Source: a virus. Taken from it: a stretch of DNA of 64,000 nucleotides. Position 1 is the first letter of the stretch. Every line of letters starts with the position of its first letter. The stretch lies in the IMG/VR virus record IMGVR_UViG_3300007609_000005, positions 32,001 to 96,000 of that record. One strand, written 5' to 3'. The notes under the pieces are model-generated. The model was given only the letters and a program-made list of their open reading frames with translations. It did no database searches and had not been told where the DNA came from. A program made the translations under genes and the position numbers. Shown here one piece after another: positions 10,736-20,803 of the stretch.

Positions 10736-11875
10736 ATGAAAAGTATATTAACAGTAATATTTATCTTAATTTCCCAACTTTTATATGCTGGATGTGGTCC
10801 ATACGAAATTGTAGATGTTTATCCTGAGGTTGGGTCAATAGAAGTGCCAATAAATTTAACTTCAATAAAATTCATACCTGATAACCTACTATCATGTAGC
10901 ACTGCTGCAAAATTTAGAGATGGGTACTTACGAATATTTGAATCTACAACAAATCAGTTAGTTGATAGTATTGATGTAAATGATTATTACCCATATGGTT
11001 ATGAAGCACCATTTGGCGAAGAACTTATTTTTCCACTTAATACAACGTTACAATATTGTACTAATTATTATGTAACAATGGATATAGGTACTGTATATAA
11101 CCCGTGCTGTTCAAGTGGTGGGGATTTTGGGATGTATGGTCAAATTGATCCAAATACAGGGGATGGTTACTTTTGGGGAGAATGGGTAACAACACCTCAA
11201 CCACATTGGGAAGGATTTACTTGGGAATTTACAACAATAACACCGGAAATACAATTAGATGTCACCGATGCTTCTTGTTACAATTCCTGTGATGGTTCTA
11301 TCGAAATATATTCACCTTTAACCAATCAAGGACAAATTTATAATAATCATTGTCCAAATACATACTTCTTTGACCTGTCTGCAATAACATATGGATGTAT
11401 TGACAATTTTGAAGTTACTATAGATTCCCCAGATTCAATAGTTATTTATGAAACTGTTACGAATTCAAGTATTAATTTGTCTGTAAATGGAGGAATACCA
11501 CCATACCAATTTAATTGGACTGGACCAAATGGGTTTATATCAAATCAACCATATAACATAAACAATTTACAGGGCGGTATATACACATATACTATTACTG
11601 ATAATAATGGGTGTCAATCATCAAACGAAATATCTATTAGTATCATGTCCATTGAAGATATCACCCACATAAAAAATTCGGAACACATTTTATTTCCAAA
11701 TCCTTCGAAGATACAAATTAATATCAAACCAAATACTAATTATAGAATAATTGATATTTCTGGCAGAACAATATCAAAAAATTTTACAGAGAATGGGACA
11801 ATAAATGTATCACATTTGAATGGGGTGTATTATTTATTTGATAATAACCAAATTCATAAATTCATAGTTGAATAG
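10736..11875 (+). CDS. Secreted protein with signal peptide, Ig-like/SprB-like repeats and type A T9SS C-terminal sorting domain
   Basis: MKSILTVIFILISQLLYA signal peptide; ASCYNSCDGSI and GGIPPYQFNW...YTYTITDNNGC SprB-like; FPNPS...IIDISGR...GVYY...KFIVE CTD. Confidence 0.8.
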   Translation: MKSILTVIFILISQLLYAGCGPYEIVDVYPEVGSIEVPINLTSIKFIPDNLLSCSTAAKFRDGYLRIFESTTNQLVDSIDVNDYYPYGYEAPFGEELIFPLNTTLQYCTNYYVTMDIGTVYNPCCSSGGDFGMYGQIDPNTGDGYFWGEWVTTPQPHWEGFTWEFTTITPEIQLDVTDASCYNSCDGSIEIYSPLTNQGQIYNNHCPNTYFFDLSAITYGCIDNFEVTIDSPDSIVIYETVTNSSINLSVNGGIPPYQFNWTGPNGFISNQPYNINNLQGGIYTYTITDNNGCQSSNEISISIMSIEDITHIKNSEHILFPNPSKIQINIKPNTNYRIIDISGRTISKNFTENGTINVSHLNGVYYLFDNNQIHKFIVE

Positions 11876-12681
11876 CTTTCCTCAGTAAGAAAAGATTTAG
11901 ATGAATTGTGTCTCTTCTTTGTCATACATAAGTTTGACAGAGAAGAGATTTCTTCTTCAGATATATTGTTTTGAAACCCGTGAATAATACTCACTTTATG
12001 ATCCAACGTTGGATATTCTCTATCAGTGTGTTTGTATGAAAAGTTATTGGCAATATATTCACCATCATAATAATCATTACCATCCCAATTCTCCATCAAT
12101 ATCTTTCGGTTCCTTTCAGTGAGTTTCCTAACCCTTTTCCGGTAAATATCCCATTCAGTCAATTGTTCATCAGGAATTATTAAACCTCTTTCCATTTTGG
12201 TTATTAAACCTTTCTCAATTATCTTTGAATTAAATTCTTCTAATTTCATATAGTGACCACCATACCTTTCATTTAAAGTTCCCTTTAATTGTTCTTTGTG
12301 TTGATCAGAATCAACATAATATTCTGACCCATATTTCTCCAAGCAAGTTTTTTTCCTTTTCTCAACAACTTCTTCACACTTACTTGGATTATCAACACCA
12401 TATTTATCCAACATGGTCTTTTTGGCTGTGATGTTATTACACGATTTACAATTATAAGTCCCACTTCTATCTTTATTCTTTGAATACTTCAACATAGATA
12501 AATTTTTAGTGATAGAACCACAACTATCACATTGAGCATCAATCTTATACTTACAATACTTCATTAAATATTTGACCGGCATCATAACTTTCTTACCATA
12601 TTCAACTTCAATACCTTGTTCTCGGAAGTGCTTCATATTCTTAGGATTAAATGTTATCTCCACTTCTTTTGTCAGTATCAT
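11854..12681 (-). CDS. HNH homing-endonuclease-like protein with KYGVDNPS repeats
   Basis: Start MILTKEV after TATATA; CDSC/CKSC zinc ribbon; YPTLDHK...NLCMTKKRHNSSK HNH-like. Confidence 0.7.
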   Translation of the reverse strand: MILTKEVEITFNPKNMKHFREQGIEVEYGKKVMMPVKYLMKYCKYKIDAQCDSCGSITKNLSMLKYSKNKDRSGTYNCKSCNNITAKKTMLDKYGVDNPSKCEEVVEKRKKTCLEKYGSEYYVDSDQHKEQLKGTLNERYGGHYMKLEEFNSKIIEKGLITKMERGLIIPDEQLTEWDIYRKRVRKLTERNRKILMENWDGNDYYDGEYIANNFSYKHTDREYPTLDHKVSIIHGFQNNISEEEISSLSNLCMTKKRHNSSKSFLTEESYSTMNL

Positions 12682-12832
12682 AAGTCTATATATTATCTTT
12701 ACAAAATCCAAAAACTCATCGTTTTTATCACATAATGCTACTACTTGAGAAAATTTACGAACATTTTCAATAAATTAATAATTACTAATAGAGATAGGTA
12801 CTAAAACCTAATAAAAATAGAATTGATAAATT

Positions 12833-12952
12833 ATGGAATTTTTAATGGAAATAATTAAAGAATTAATAATTGAAATTATCAAACGAATGTTGGATAAGTA
12901 TTGTGCAAAAAGTGAACTAATACCATACTTAAAGAAGTGTGATCATTCATAA
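12833..12952 (+). CDS. Possible small amphipathic peptide (39 aa)
   Basis: MEFLMEIIKELIIEIIKRMLDKYCAKSELIPYLKKCDHS in an otherwise empty gap of about 400 bp. Confidence 0.35.
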   Translation: MEFLMEIIKELIIEIIKRMLDKYCAKSELIPYLKKCDHS

Positions 12953-13092
12953 ACACCGATGGTGAATTGATTAAACTGTGTAGTGGCTTATATCATTGTG
13001 ATATGGATATATGATTGTGGTAAGATAAAGTTCGAAAAATTGATATAAATTACCGTTCTATTTTATATATAGAAGAAACAACCAAATCACCA

Positions 13093-13773
13093 ATGAGTAA
13101 ACTCATAACGAGTCTATCAGAATACATCAAAGAAGAAACCACCAATGGTATTTGGTATCACGGAACACCGGATAGTAGAGGAATCGAAAAAAATGGATTC
13201 GATAAAAGAACTAAGAGTATAACATATCTAAAAGATATTGAAAAATACAAGGAAGCCCAATCAAAATTGAAATCTGCACGAGAAAATGATGATATGGATT
13301 TATATCATAGGATATTGGATACGATATCTTATTTCAAGTCTGATATGACATATAATTCTCCTATATTCTTAACTGATAACTACTCGGTTGCTAGAACATA
13401 TGCTGACCCAATGAGGGCATTTGATTACCAAGGGGCGATTGAAAAAGTTTATAAGGTAAGGGTCAATAACTGTAATAGGGTAGTTCGGATAAATGCAACT
13501 GGTGATAGGTTTCGTTTCATATCAGTTGATAAGGTTAAAAGAGGATTTATGGCATTTGGTATAACCGAGGAGGAAATAACTGACCTTATAAACAAATTCA
13601 ATTTTTATGTTCAGAATAACAAAGGTGTGCAAACTGATGTTATTGCAGCCATTGGTAATTGTCTCAAAATAGATTGTATTGATGTAATTGGTGTATATGA
13701 TTCATATAATGGGGGCAAAATAAAATCCACCGTTAGAATGGTATTAGACCCATCAAACATAGAGATAGTATAG
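13093..13773 (+). CDS. Putative ADP-ribosyltransferase-fold protein
   Basis: WYHGT...PIFLTDNYSVARTYA resembles the H-Y-E class ART core; TATATA promoter. Confidence 0.6.
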   Translation: MSKLITSLSEYIKEETTNGIWYHGTPDSRGIEKNGFDKRTKSITYLKDIEKYKEAQSKLKSARENDDMDLYHRILDTISYFKSDMTYNSPIFLTDNYSVARTYADPMRAFDYQGAIEKVYKVRVNNCNRVVRINATGDRFRFISVDKVKRGFMAFGITEEEITDLINKFNFYVQNNKGVQTDVIAAIGNCLKIDCIDVIGVYDSYNGGKIKSTVRMVLDPSNIEIV

Positions 13774-13826
13774 TGATGAATTAAAACAAGTATCAACTAT
13801 TCACATTATTTTACATAGAATAATGT

Positions 13827-14291
13827 ATGAATAGACATATTAAGAAATTTCAAGATAAGAATAACAATGAAATAAAATCAACTATATTGTTATCTGCCTT
13901 TCCGGGTACAGGTAAATCACACCTCTTTAAGAATAACAAAAACCTTAAAATTTTGGATAGTGACAGTAGTACATTCGATAAAAAAGATTTTCCGGAAAAT
14001 TATATAAAACACATCAAAGAAAATATTGGTGTTGTAGATATCATATGCATAAGTAGTCATGAAGAGGTAAGGAAGGCATTAGTTGATAACGGACTCATGT
14101 TCTTACTTGTATATCCTAATATAGAACTCAAAGATGAGTATATTGAGAGATATGAAACCAGAGGGAACGACAAAGGATTCATCGAATTATTGACAGATAA
14201 ATGGGATGAATGGATAACAGATGTTTCTGAACAGAAAAATTGCATAAGAATTGAATTGGGTAAAAATGAATTCATAGGAGATAAATTATGA
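13827..14291 (+). CDS. P-loop nucleotide kinase-like protein
   Basis: SAFPGTGKS Walker A, DSDS. Confidence 0.7.
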   Translation: MNRHIKKFQDKNNNEIKSTILLSAFPGTGKSHLFKNNKNLKILDSDSSTFDKKDFPENYIKHIKENIGVVDIICISSHEEVRKALVDNGLMFLLVYPNIELKDEYIERYETRGNDKGFIELLTDKWDEWITDVSEQKNCIRIELGKNEFIGDKL

Positions 14292-14482
14292 CAAGTATAT
14301 TACAAACAGGTCTAATACCAACCGTAGGATATTCATCAACACCGATCAAAACCATAATCGGTTATGAGGATGTTAAGGGACTAGGAACTATAGAACATTC
14401 TGTATTGAGTGGAAGGTCATTAACACTGGAAGAGATAAAGGAAGAAAAAGCCAAATTAAAGAAAAGATTAGATAAGGAATGA
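14288..14482 (+). CDS. Hypothetical protein
   Basis: ATGA overlaps at both ends. Confidence 0.55.
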   Translation: MTSILQTGLIPTVGYSSTPIKTIIGYEDVKGLGTIEHSVLSGRSLTLEEIKEEKAKLKKRLDKE

Positions 14483-15426
14483 ACGTATTAAGTCTATTTG
14501 ATGGTATGAGTTGTGGTCAAATTGCCCTCAATCGTCAAGGAATAAAATATAAGAATTATTATGCAAGTGAGATTGATAAACATGCAATCCAAGTAACTGA
14601 GAAAAACTATCCAAAAACCATACAACTCGGTGACGTAAAGGATATTACCAAAGAAACATTCGGTGATGAGAAGATAGATCTTTTGATAGGTGGTTCGCCT
14701 TGTCAGGGATTCTCCAAGGCAGGGAAGGGATTGAACTTCGAAGACCCAAGGTCAAAGTTATTTTTCGAATATGTACGTTTACTGAAAGAACTCAAACCAA
14801 AATATTTTCTTTTGGAAAATGTTAAAATGAAGAAGGAACACGAGGAAATAATAACCGATTTTCTTGGGGTATATCCAATGAAAATAGATTCACTGCACCT
14901 TACACCACAAACACGTAAAAGGTTATATTGGACAAATATTCCCGGTGGGGTCAATGTTATTCAGAATGATAGAAAAGAACTCAGAGATATTATCGAAAAG
15001 AATCACCCAATAACAGATAAAGAAATAAAGTATCTCGAAAAGTTCCCACTATTGGAACGAGTTGGTGATAAATTAATACATCCTGAGGCAACTAAGAAAG
15101 GTTATGCAGAGGCAAGTATTTATGAAGGACTTGATCTATCATTCCCCAATTCCCAAACAAGAAGAGGTCGGTCAATGAAAGATTATTCCAATTGTTTAAC
15201 TGCATCAGGTCATGACCTTGGTATAGTGGTAAAACATAATGATAAATTGATTTGGAGAAGATTCACACCAGTGGAATGTGAAAGATTACAAACAGTTCCT
15301 GATAATTACACATCAGTAAAAGATGAAGAAGGGAATGAATTAATATCCGATACACAAAGGTATAAAATGTTGGGCAATGGATGGACAGTTGATATTATTG
15401 GAAATATTTTGAAAAATATGGAATGA
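14479..15426 (+). CDS. dcm: DNA cytosine-5 methyltransferase
   Basis: SLFDG, GGSPCQGFS, ENV, QTRKRLY, LGNGW. Confidence 0.93.
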   Translation: MNVLSLFDGMSCGQIALNRQGIKYKNYYASEIDKHAIQVTEKNYPKTIQLGDVKDITKETFGDEKIDLLIGGSPCQGFSKAGKGLNFEDPRSKLFFEYVRLLKELKPKYFLLENVKMKKEHEEIITDFLGVYPMKIDSLHLTPQTRKRLYWTNIPGGVNVIQNDRKELRDIIEKNHPITDKEIKYLEKFPLLERVGDKLIHPEATKKGYAEASIYEGLDLSFPNSQTRRGRSMKDYSNCLTASGHDLGIVVKHNDKLIWRRFTPVECERLQTVPDNYTSVKDEEGNELISDTQRYKMLGNGWTVDIIGNILKNME

Positions 15427-15813
15427 TCATCTTTGGTAATTATTCTGTACTGCATATATGATTGACTTGAACCGGGTTTCAATTTCTTCATCTTGTGCCT
15501 TTTTTAATTCACCAAGATTTCTAACTATTCCTTTCAGAGCCTTTATATGTTCAAATTTTAAAAACATCAAATAAGGGAAGTATCTTATAGGCTTTTTGTC
15601 CTTATTCCATCGACCATACAATGCCGCCTTGAAATTTTTCTTAGTAATTTCCACTATATCATATTCATAATTAATGACATACATTTTAAGACCATATCCA
15701 AGCACAATATCATAATCATCTAACTTTAAAAGGCTTAGATCACTTATATGATAAAAATTCCTATCTTTAACATGTATCTCATATTCCTCATTGAATTTTT
15801 TAAGATGTTTCAT
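15427..15813 (-). CDS. Hypothetical protein with N-terminal MKHLKKFNE peptide
   Basis: ORF; likely paralog of 15800-16207. Confidence 0.75.
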   Translation of the reverse strand: MKHLKKFNEEYEIHVKDRNFYHISDLSLLKLDDYDIVLGYGLKMYVINYEYDIVEITKKNFKAALYGRWNKDKKPIRYFPYLMFLKFEHIKALKGIVRNLGELKKAQDEEIETRFKSIIYAVQNNYQR

Positions 15814-16207
15814 TTATACCACCTCCCTTTCTAGCCAATACTTTGACATATTCAAACATAGTCTTCATTTTTTTGTTGTATATTTTTTCCACCTCTGATA
15901 ATTTATCCAATAACTCTTGTACATCATCAAGTTGTTCACCTTTCAAGAATAAAAAGTACTTAAAAACATCAGGTGTATCAAATGTACTTTTATTATAATA
16001 AGCAGTCTTGGTCTTTACCTCCCAAAATCTTTTAATTTTTTCTAATTTATAATCCTTATTTACGAAATAAACCTCTTTACCCATTTTATTTAATTTTTTG
16101 AAATCCTCTGAATTCAACATATCCATTTTTTCAATAGGGAAAATGGAACTTGATAATATACTATCTCCAACAGATTTCTTTTCATTATAATTTTTAATAT
16201 GCTGCAT
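15800..16207 (-). CDS. Hypothetical protein with N-terminal MQHIKNYNE peptide
   Basis: Start reassigned to ATG 16207. Confidence 0.7.
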   Translation of the reverse strand: MQHIKNYNEKKSVGDSILSSSIFPIEKMDMLNSEDFKKLNKMGKEVYFVNKDYKLEKIKRFWEVKTKTAYYNKSTFDTPDVFKYFLFLKGEQLDDVQELLDKLSEVEKIYNKKMKTMFEYVKVLARKGGGINETS

Positions 16208-16211
16208 GATT

Positions 16212-16451
16212 TTAATATTCAATTTTATCAACACTGTGTAAATAAACCTCATGTTCCTCATTATCATATAAAACAGTAATAAGACCATCATTATCAATAC
16301 TTACAGGGACGAGAGATTTATCTGGATCTGCATCAGGAAAATCTTTAACGGTTGATGCATATAACCTTCCTTGATTCTTTATGGTTTCTACAACATCATC
16401 ATGTTCGATATTATTCACCTTAAACCCCTCATATGTTTTAATGTGTTTCAT
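16212..16451 (-). CDS. Hypothetical protein with N-terminal MKHIKTYE peptide
   Basis: Start at 16451 right after TATATA. Confidence 0.7.
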   Translation of the reverse strand: MKHIKTYEGFKVNNIEHDDVVETIKNQGRLYASTVKDFPDADPDKSLVPVSIDNDGLITVLYDNEEHEVYLHSVDKIEY

Positions 16452-16541
16452 TATAATATATATTAAAACCAATTCCTATCATTAATACAATTTTTAAAAC
16501 CACATGAGTCATTTAATATATAACAAAAACCAAGTATCAAT

Positions 16542-17360
16542 ATGTCATTTATAAAGAAGTATAACGAACTGAATAGTGATAAATATAAATTGGCAGGAGA
16601 AGAATTAACTAAACTAGGTCACTCTGGCCGCGGGAAAAAACTTATTGAATGGGGAGAACATAAACGATATTCGGAAATATCGGAAAAGGCAGAATATGCT
16701 AGAAATATTTATTCCAAATACGGAAAATTGCGAATTTATGTGGAGGGATTTCATGACACCAGGGATAAACAACTTTGGGGAGATTTAATTCCGGATGAGT
16801 TTGATTATTTTATACATTTTTCGAATGATGTTACAGTAGAAGAGTTTGGAACTGTTGATGATGGAAATGATTCGGAGATACTACACTTCAATCTTTATAT
16901 TATTCCAACCCAAGAAATGATAGACCGACTTTTCAACGCTGATCACAAAACAACTGACAAACAACTTATAACTTTTTACAAAGACGAACTTAGCATTGAT
17001 GATTTTTCATCTTACTTCTTTTTATGCACTTTTACAATCGAATTTAAGAAAGATCTCGAAAATCAAAAATTGAATTTATCAGATATAAGTATTTGCCCGG
17101 TTGAAATGGACTTTGGTAAAATAACATTAAAAACAAAAAGGGATGCAGCCAAATTCAGAGAGCTATTGTATTCAATATTCAATAAAGACATAGACTACCC
17201 AACATATCCGAATAATACACTTTCAAAAAAACCAATGTATGATGAAATTCAAGAAACATTGGTAGAACTTGATGTACTTACGAATTACGGACTTGAAATT
17301 GAAGATATTGCAGAACAGATAAAAATATTTTCAACAAATAAATTGTATAAAGAGATATGA
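16542..17360 (+). CDS. Hypothetical protein (MSFIKKYNE), paralog of next gene
   Basis: Shares LGHSGRGKKL, DYP and YGLEIEDIAE segments with 17357-18109. Confidence 0.8.
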   Translation: MSFIKKYNELNSDKYKLAGEELTKLGHSGRGKKLIEWGEHKRYSEISEKAEYARNIYSKYGKLRIYVEGFHDTRDKQLWGDLIPDEFDYFIHFSNDVTVEEFGTVDDGNDSEILHFNLYIIPTQEMIDRLFNADHKTTDKQLITFYKDELSIDDFSSYFFLCTFTIEFKKDLENQKLNLSDISICPVEMDFGKITLKTKRDAAKFRELLYSIFNKDIDYPTYPNNTLSKKPMYDEIQETLVELDVLTNYGLEIEDIAEQIKIFSTNKLYKEI

Positions 17361-18109
17361 AAAAACATTTAAGAAAGTATAACGAATTACACTCAAGTGT
17401 GTATAAGAAAGTCGGTAAAAAACTAACAGATATGGGACATATTAATCGTGGCGAAAAATTATCTGATTATGCAGAACACAAAAAACATTCAGAAATCCAT
17501 GAAAGAGCAACCGAAACAAGAGAACTTTATTCAAAATATCCCCAATTCAAACCAACAATAACATTTTACGATGGATGGGGTATGGAAGAACCCGAATACA
17601 CAACATTTATAACATTCAGCACACATGAGATATCGAATCTGTTTCATGGTATTGGAGACAATAAGAAATATTTAGAATTTGGACTATATATGGTACCATC
17701 TAAACAAATGATCGATTATATTTTTGAATTGCAAAAAGAAATGAAAATCTATAAATTCATATACACACCATACATTATATTAGGTTTGGTTAATATGGAG
17801 TTTCATGCAGATGCTGCAAAAATGACACTATCAAGATTATATTATGATGACGAACGATCCGATATATCCTCAGAATTTACAAGCCGCAGAGAAGCAGTTA
17901 GCCTGAAAAAACTAATATATGATATATTAAATAAAGAAACAGATTACCCAGTTGGTCCATGGAACGAAAACACAAAATCAAAACCACAATACCAAGAGTT
18001 CGAGGAAGCACTGTCTGAAGTTGATGTCCTTGGTGAATATGGACTTGATATGGAAGATATTGCAGAAATGGTCAAAAACCATACAGTAAATGAATTATAT
18101 AAGAATTAA
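17357..18109 (+). CDS. Hypothetical protein (MKKHLRKYNE), tandem paralog
   Basis: MGHINRGEKL, DYP, YGLDMEDIAE. Confidence 0.8.
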   Translation: MKKHLRKYNELHSSVYKKVGKKLTDMGHINRGEKLSDYAEHKKHSEIHERATETRELYSKYPQFKPTITFYDGWGMEEPEYTTFITFSTHEISNLFHGIGDNKKYLEFGLYMVPSKQMIDYIFELQKEMKIYKFIYTPYIILGLVNMEFHADAAKMTLSRLYYDDERSDISSEFTSRREAVSLKKLIYDILNKETDYPVGPWNENTKSKPQYQEFEEALSEVDVLGEYGLDMEDIAEMVKNHTVNELYKN

Positions 18110-19330
18110 ATGATACATAATTTTAAAAAATACAATGAAGCCCAAGAAGATACAGTTGGGAAACTTCCCTTGGAGGCAGAAGGTCTATATGATATGATGC
18201 CCGATTCCATAAAGGAGATATCCAAAGTATTCAGTGAATCAGGGAAAAGCCTTTACCTTGTGGGTGGTGCAATCAGAGATTATATCAAAGGTCAAGAACC
18301 AAAAGATTATGATGTTGCAACTGATGCAATGCCAGATGAAGTATTGGATATCCTTAAAGGGTATAAGACACAACTACAAGGAGAAGCTTTTGGAATCGTA
18401 GTGGTTTACACAGATGATCAACCAGAAGGAATGGAAATTGCCACCTTCCGCCAAGATATAAGCAAAGGCAGAAACCCAAAGGTAAAACTTGGTGTAACGA
18501 TTGAAGAAGATGTGGAAAGGCGTGACCTAACCTATAATGCAATGTTCTATCACATTGAGAAAAAGGAGATATATGACCTTGTTGGTGGTATGAAGGACTT
18601 AGAAGATGGCATAACACGAATGGTTGGAGATCCTTTCGAAAGAATAGAAGAAGATTCCCTTAGAATTTTGAGGGCTTTCCGGTTTGCATCCAGATACAAT
18701 CACATATTGGATGAACGTTCAATCGAGGCATTTGAAAAGAGAAATAATTTAGAGAACATCGATCCAGATACAGGGGAATTGAAAAGAATATCTTCCGAAC
18801 GTATTTATGAAGAAATGCAAAAGGCATGGAAACAATCACCTGACTATAACTATTATTTACAATTCTTCAATGAATTCAATATGTGGTCAGAGGTCTTTCC
18901 AGGTGCAAATATAAATGAGAATTTGATTGAAACCGATAGTTTCAGAGTATGCCTCGCCAATCTTTTCAGAAATGAGAATCCAAATGGATTGGCGAATAAA
19001 CTGATAAGTAAATATAAGATAGATGGTGGTACAGCCGACACCATCGAATTTTTAATTGAATTCAACAATATGACTGAAGAAAATGCCATTGAAGTTCAGA
19101 AAAAATTGAAAAAGAAAAATCTTGATGTGGAAAATATCAAGGAATCGGATATACTTGAATGGATACGAGTTGAAAATCTTGGTAACCTACATAAGAAATT
19201 TCTTCAATATAAACCAAAGAATTGGAGTGACGAATTGAAGAAACAAGGGTTTAAACCCGGTCCGGAATTCGGAAAAGAGATAAGAAAACGTAGTATAGAC
19301 GATTTTAAGACTTTCATTTCTAATAAATAA
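18110..19330 (+). CDS. cca: tRNA nucleotidyltransferase (CCA-adding, class II)
   Basis: LVGGAIRD, DYDVAT, EIATFR, RRDLTYNA, EDSLRILRAFRF, ERIYEE, GPEFG. Confidence 0.9.
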   Translation: MIHNFKKYNEAQEDTVGKLPLEAEGLYDMMPDSIKEISKVFSESGKSLYLVGGAIRDYIKGQEPKDYDVATDAMPDEVLDILKGYKTQLQGEAFGIVVVYTDDQPEGMEIATFRQDISKGRNPKVKLGVTIEEDVERRDLTYNAMFYHIEKKEIYDLVGGMKDLEDGITRMVGDPFERIEEDSLRILRAFRFASRYNHILDERSIEAFEKRNNLENIDPDTGELKRISSERIYEEMQKAWKQSPDYNYYLQFFNEFNMWSEVFPGANINENLIETDSFRVCLANLFRNENPNGLANKLISKYKIDGGTADTIEFLIEFNNMTEENAIEVQKKLKKKNLDVENIKESDILEWIRVENLGNLHKKFLQYKPKNWSDELKKQGFKPGPEFGKEIRKRSIDDFKTFISNK

Positions 19331-19334
19331 CTAT

Positions 19335-20084
19335 ATGATACACTATTTAACACACGTAAAAGATGTTATTGGACAGAACTATATTGGTATTAAGTTCAAT
19401 AAAACGCAATTGACACCATTCCTTGATCAATTAAAGGAACACCTTGGGGATGATTATGAGGAATATGTTAAAAATCAACAGAATCGTGATAGAGGAGGTC
19501 ATCATATGACCGTTATAAATGTCCGAGATTATAATAAACTCACAAAAGAAATCGGTATGGACGAATTTACAAAACAAGTAAGTGAGTTATTCAAATATCC
19601 AATAAATGACCTTAAACTCATGGGAGTTGGTACGGGGACAAATGGAACAAACACTACATACTTCGTTGTAGGTAAATCAGATAAATTAGATGCCATCCGA
19701 AAAAGATATGACCTCAAAGAACATGATTTCCACATAACCATCGGTTTTAAACACAAAGATGTTTTCGGTATTCGAAAAAATGAGGTTATGAAGAAGAAAA
19801 GCAAATTTGTTGATGTTTTCAGAGAAAAATTCATGGAAAGGGAGAATTTTCACTTTTTAAAACAAATAGATAATTGGAAGGAGAATCCCGATAAAGATAT
19901 AATACCTATATCAATATCAGACGAAGATCTAATTGTTAAGGTTGATGATACTGTATTGAGAATAAGTCTTGTTGATCTGGGAAAGGGTGATGTTCTATGG
20001 GTTACCAATCGTTATAAAGATGAAAAAAACCTAAAACGAATGCCACTTACAGATGTTATCGGTTTCCTGAAAGAAAAAAATTGA
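19335..20084 (+). CDS. 2H phosphoesterase (RNA repair-type)
   Basis: Two HxT motifs (HMTV, HITIGF); adjacent to cca. Confidence 0.7.
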   Translation: MIHYLTHVKDVIGQNYIGIKFNKTQLTPFLDQLKEHLGDDYEEYVKNQQNRDRGGHHMTVINVRDYNKLTKEIGMDEFTKQVSELFKYPINDLKLMGVGTGTNGTNTTYFVVGKSDKLDAIRKRYDLKEHDFHITIGFKHKDVFGIRKNEVMKKKSKFVDVFREKFMERENFHFLKQIDNWKENPDKDIIPISISDEDLIVKVDDTVLRISLVDLGKGDVLWVTNRYKDEKNLKRMPLTDVIGFLKEKN

Positions 20085-20088
20085 TGAA

Positions 20089-20343
20089 ATGAAATTATAC
20101 CGATATTATTCATTTGTCGAATGTTCAGATGAAAGTGAAGTAACAGATTACCTTGAAGATCTAAGGTACGAGGGGAAAATACAATGGGAAATGATCGATC
20201 AATGGTCATTCCATATTGAGGATTCTGACCTATCAGAATTTGATGAAAGATTACTTATCGAATATTTAGATGAAAAGAATGTTTTACCATCATCAGATTT
20301 TGAAGATGGAGATGAAATGGGCGGATACTATTATGATTATTGA
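20089..20343 (+). CDS. Acidic hypothetical protein
   Basis: ORF in operon. Confidence 0.6.
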   Translation: MKLYRYYSFVECSDESEVTDYLEDLRYEGKIQWEMIDQWSFHIEDSDLSEFDERLLIEYLDEKNVLPSSDFEDGDEMGGYYYDY

Positions 20344-20347
20344 TTCT

Positions 20348-20737
20348 TTACTTGAAATTTGAAAACTTTACAATATCAAAATTGTTATCAACACTATCCA
20401 TTATTTTATCCATCACCTTAGGTTTAGATAATGGTAATAAATTCTTCAATGCCTGTTGAATTCTATTCTTTTGGTCAAGTGCAAGTTCAACAACTTCACC
20501 ATCTTTCTTAACAACAAGGTCTTTGGCTTTAATAATTTCAATAGGGGCTTCTATATCAACCCGTCCAGATAAAACTTCAATGGTTATTTTCATGACATTT
20601 TCATCACGATAGACATCCGGTTTTACATCATGGAGCATTGAAGTTATTTCATTCACCAGATCCTTATTCTTATTGGCACTTCTTCCAATGCCGAACATTT
20701 CCTCATTTACTTGGTCGAAAGTTTTAATATTATTCAT
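20348..20737 (-). CDS. Hypothetical protein (MNNIKTFDQVNEE)
   Basis: TATATA promoter and N-terminal motif. Confidence 0.7.
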   Translation of the reverse strand: MNNIKTFDQVNEEMFGIGRSANKNKDLVNEITSMLHDVKPDVYRDENVMKITIEVLSGRVDIEAPIEIIKAKDLVVKKDGEVVELALDQKNRIQQALKNLLPLSKPKVMDKIMDSVDNNFDIVKFSNFK

Positions 20738-20803
20738 ACACTATATATTATTATATGAATCCCTTTTTTCAAACTTACCAATCCATATTACATATATAAA
20801 TGT

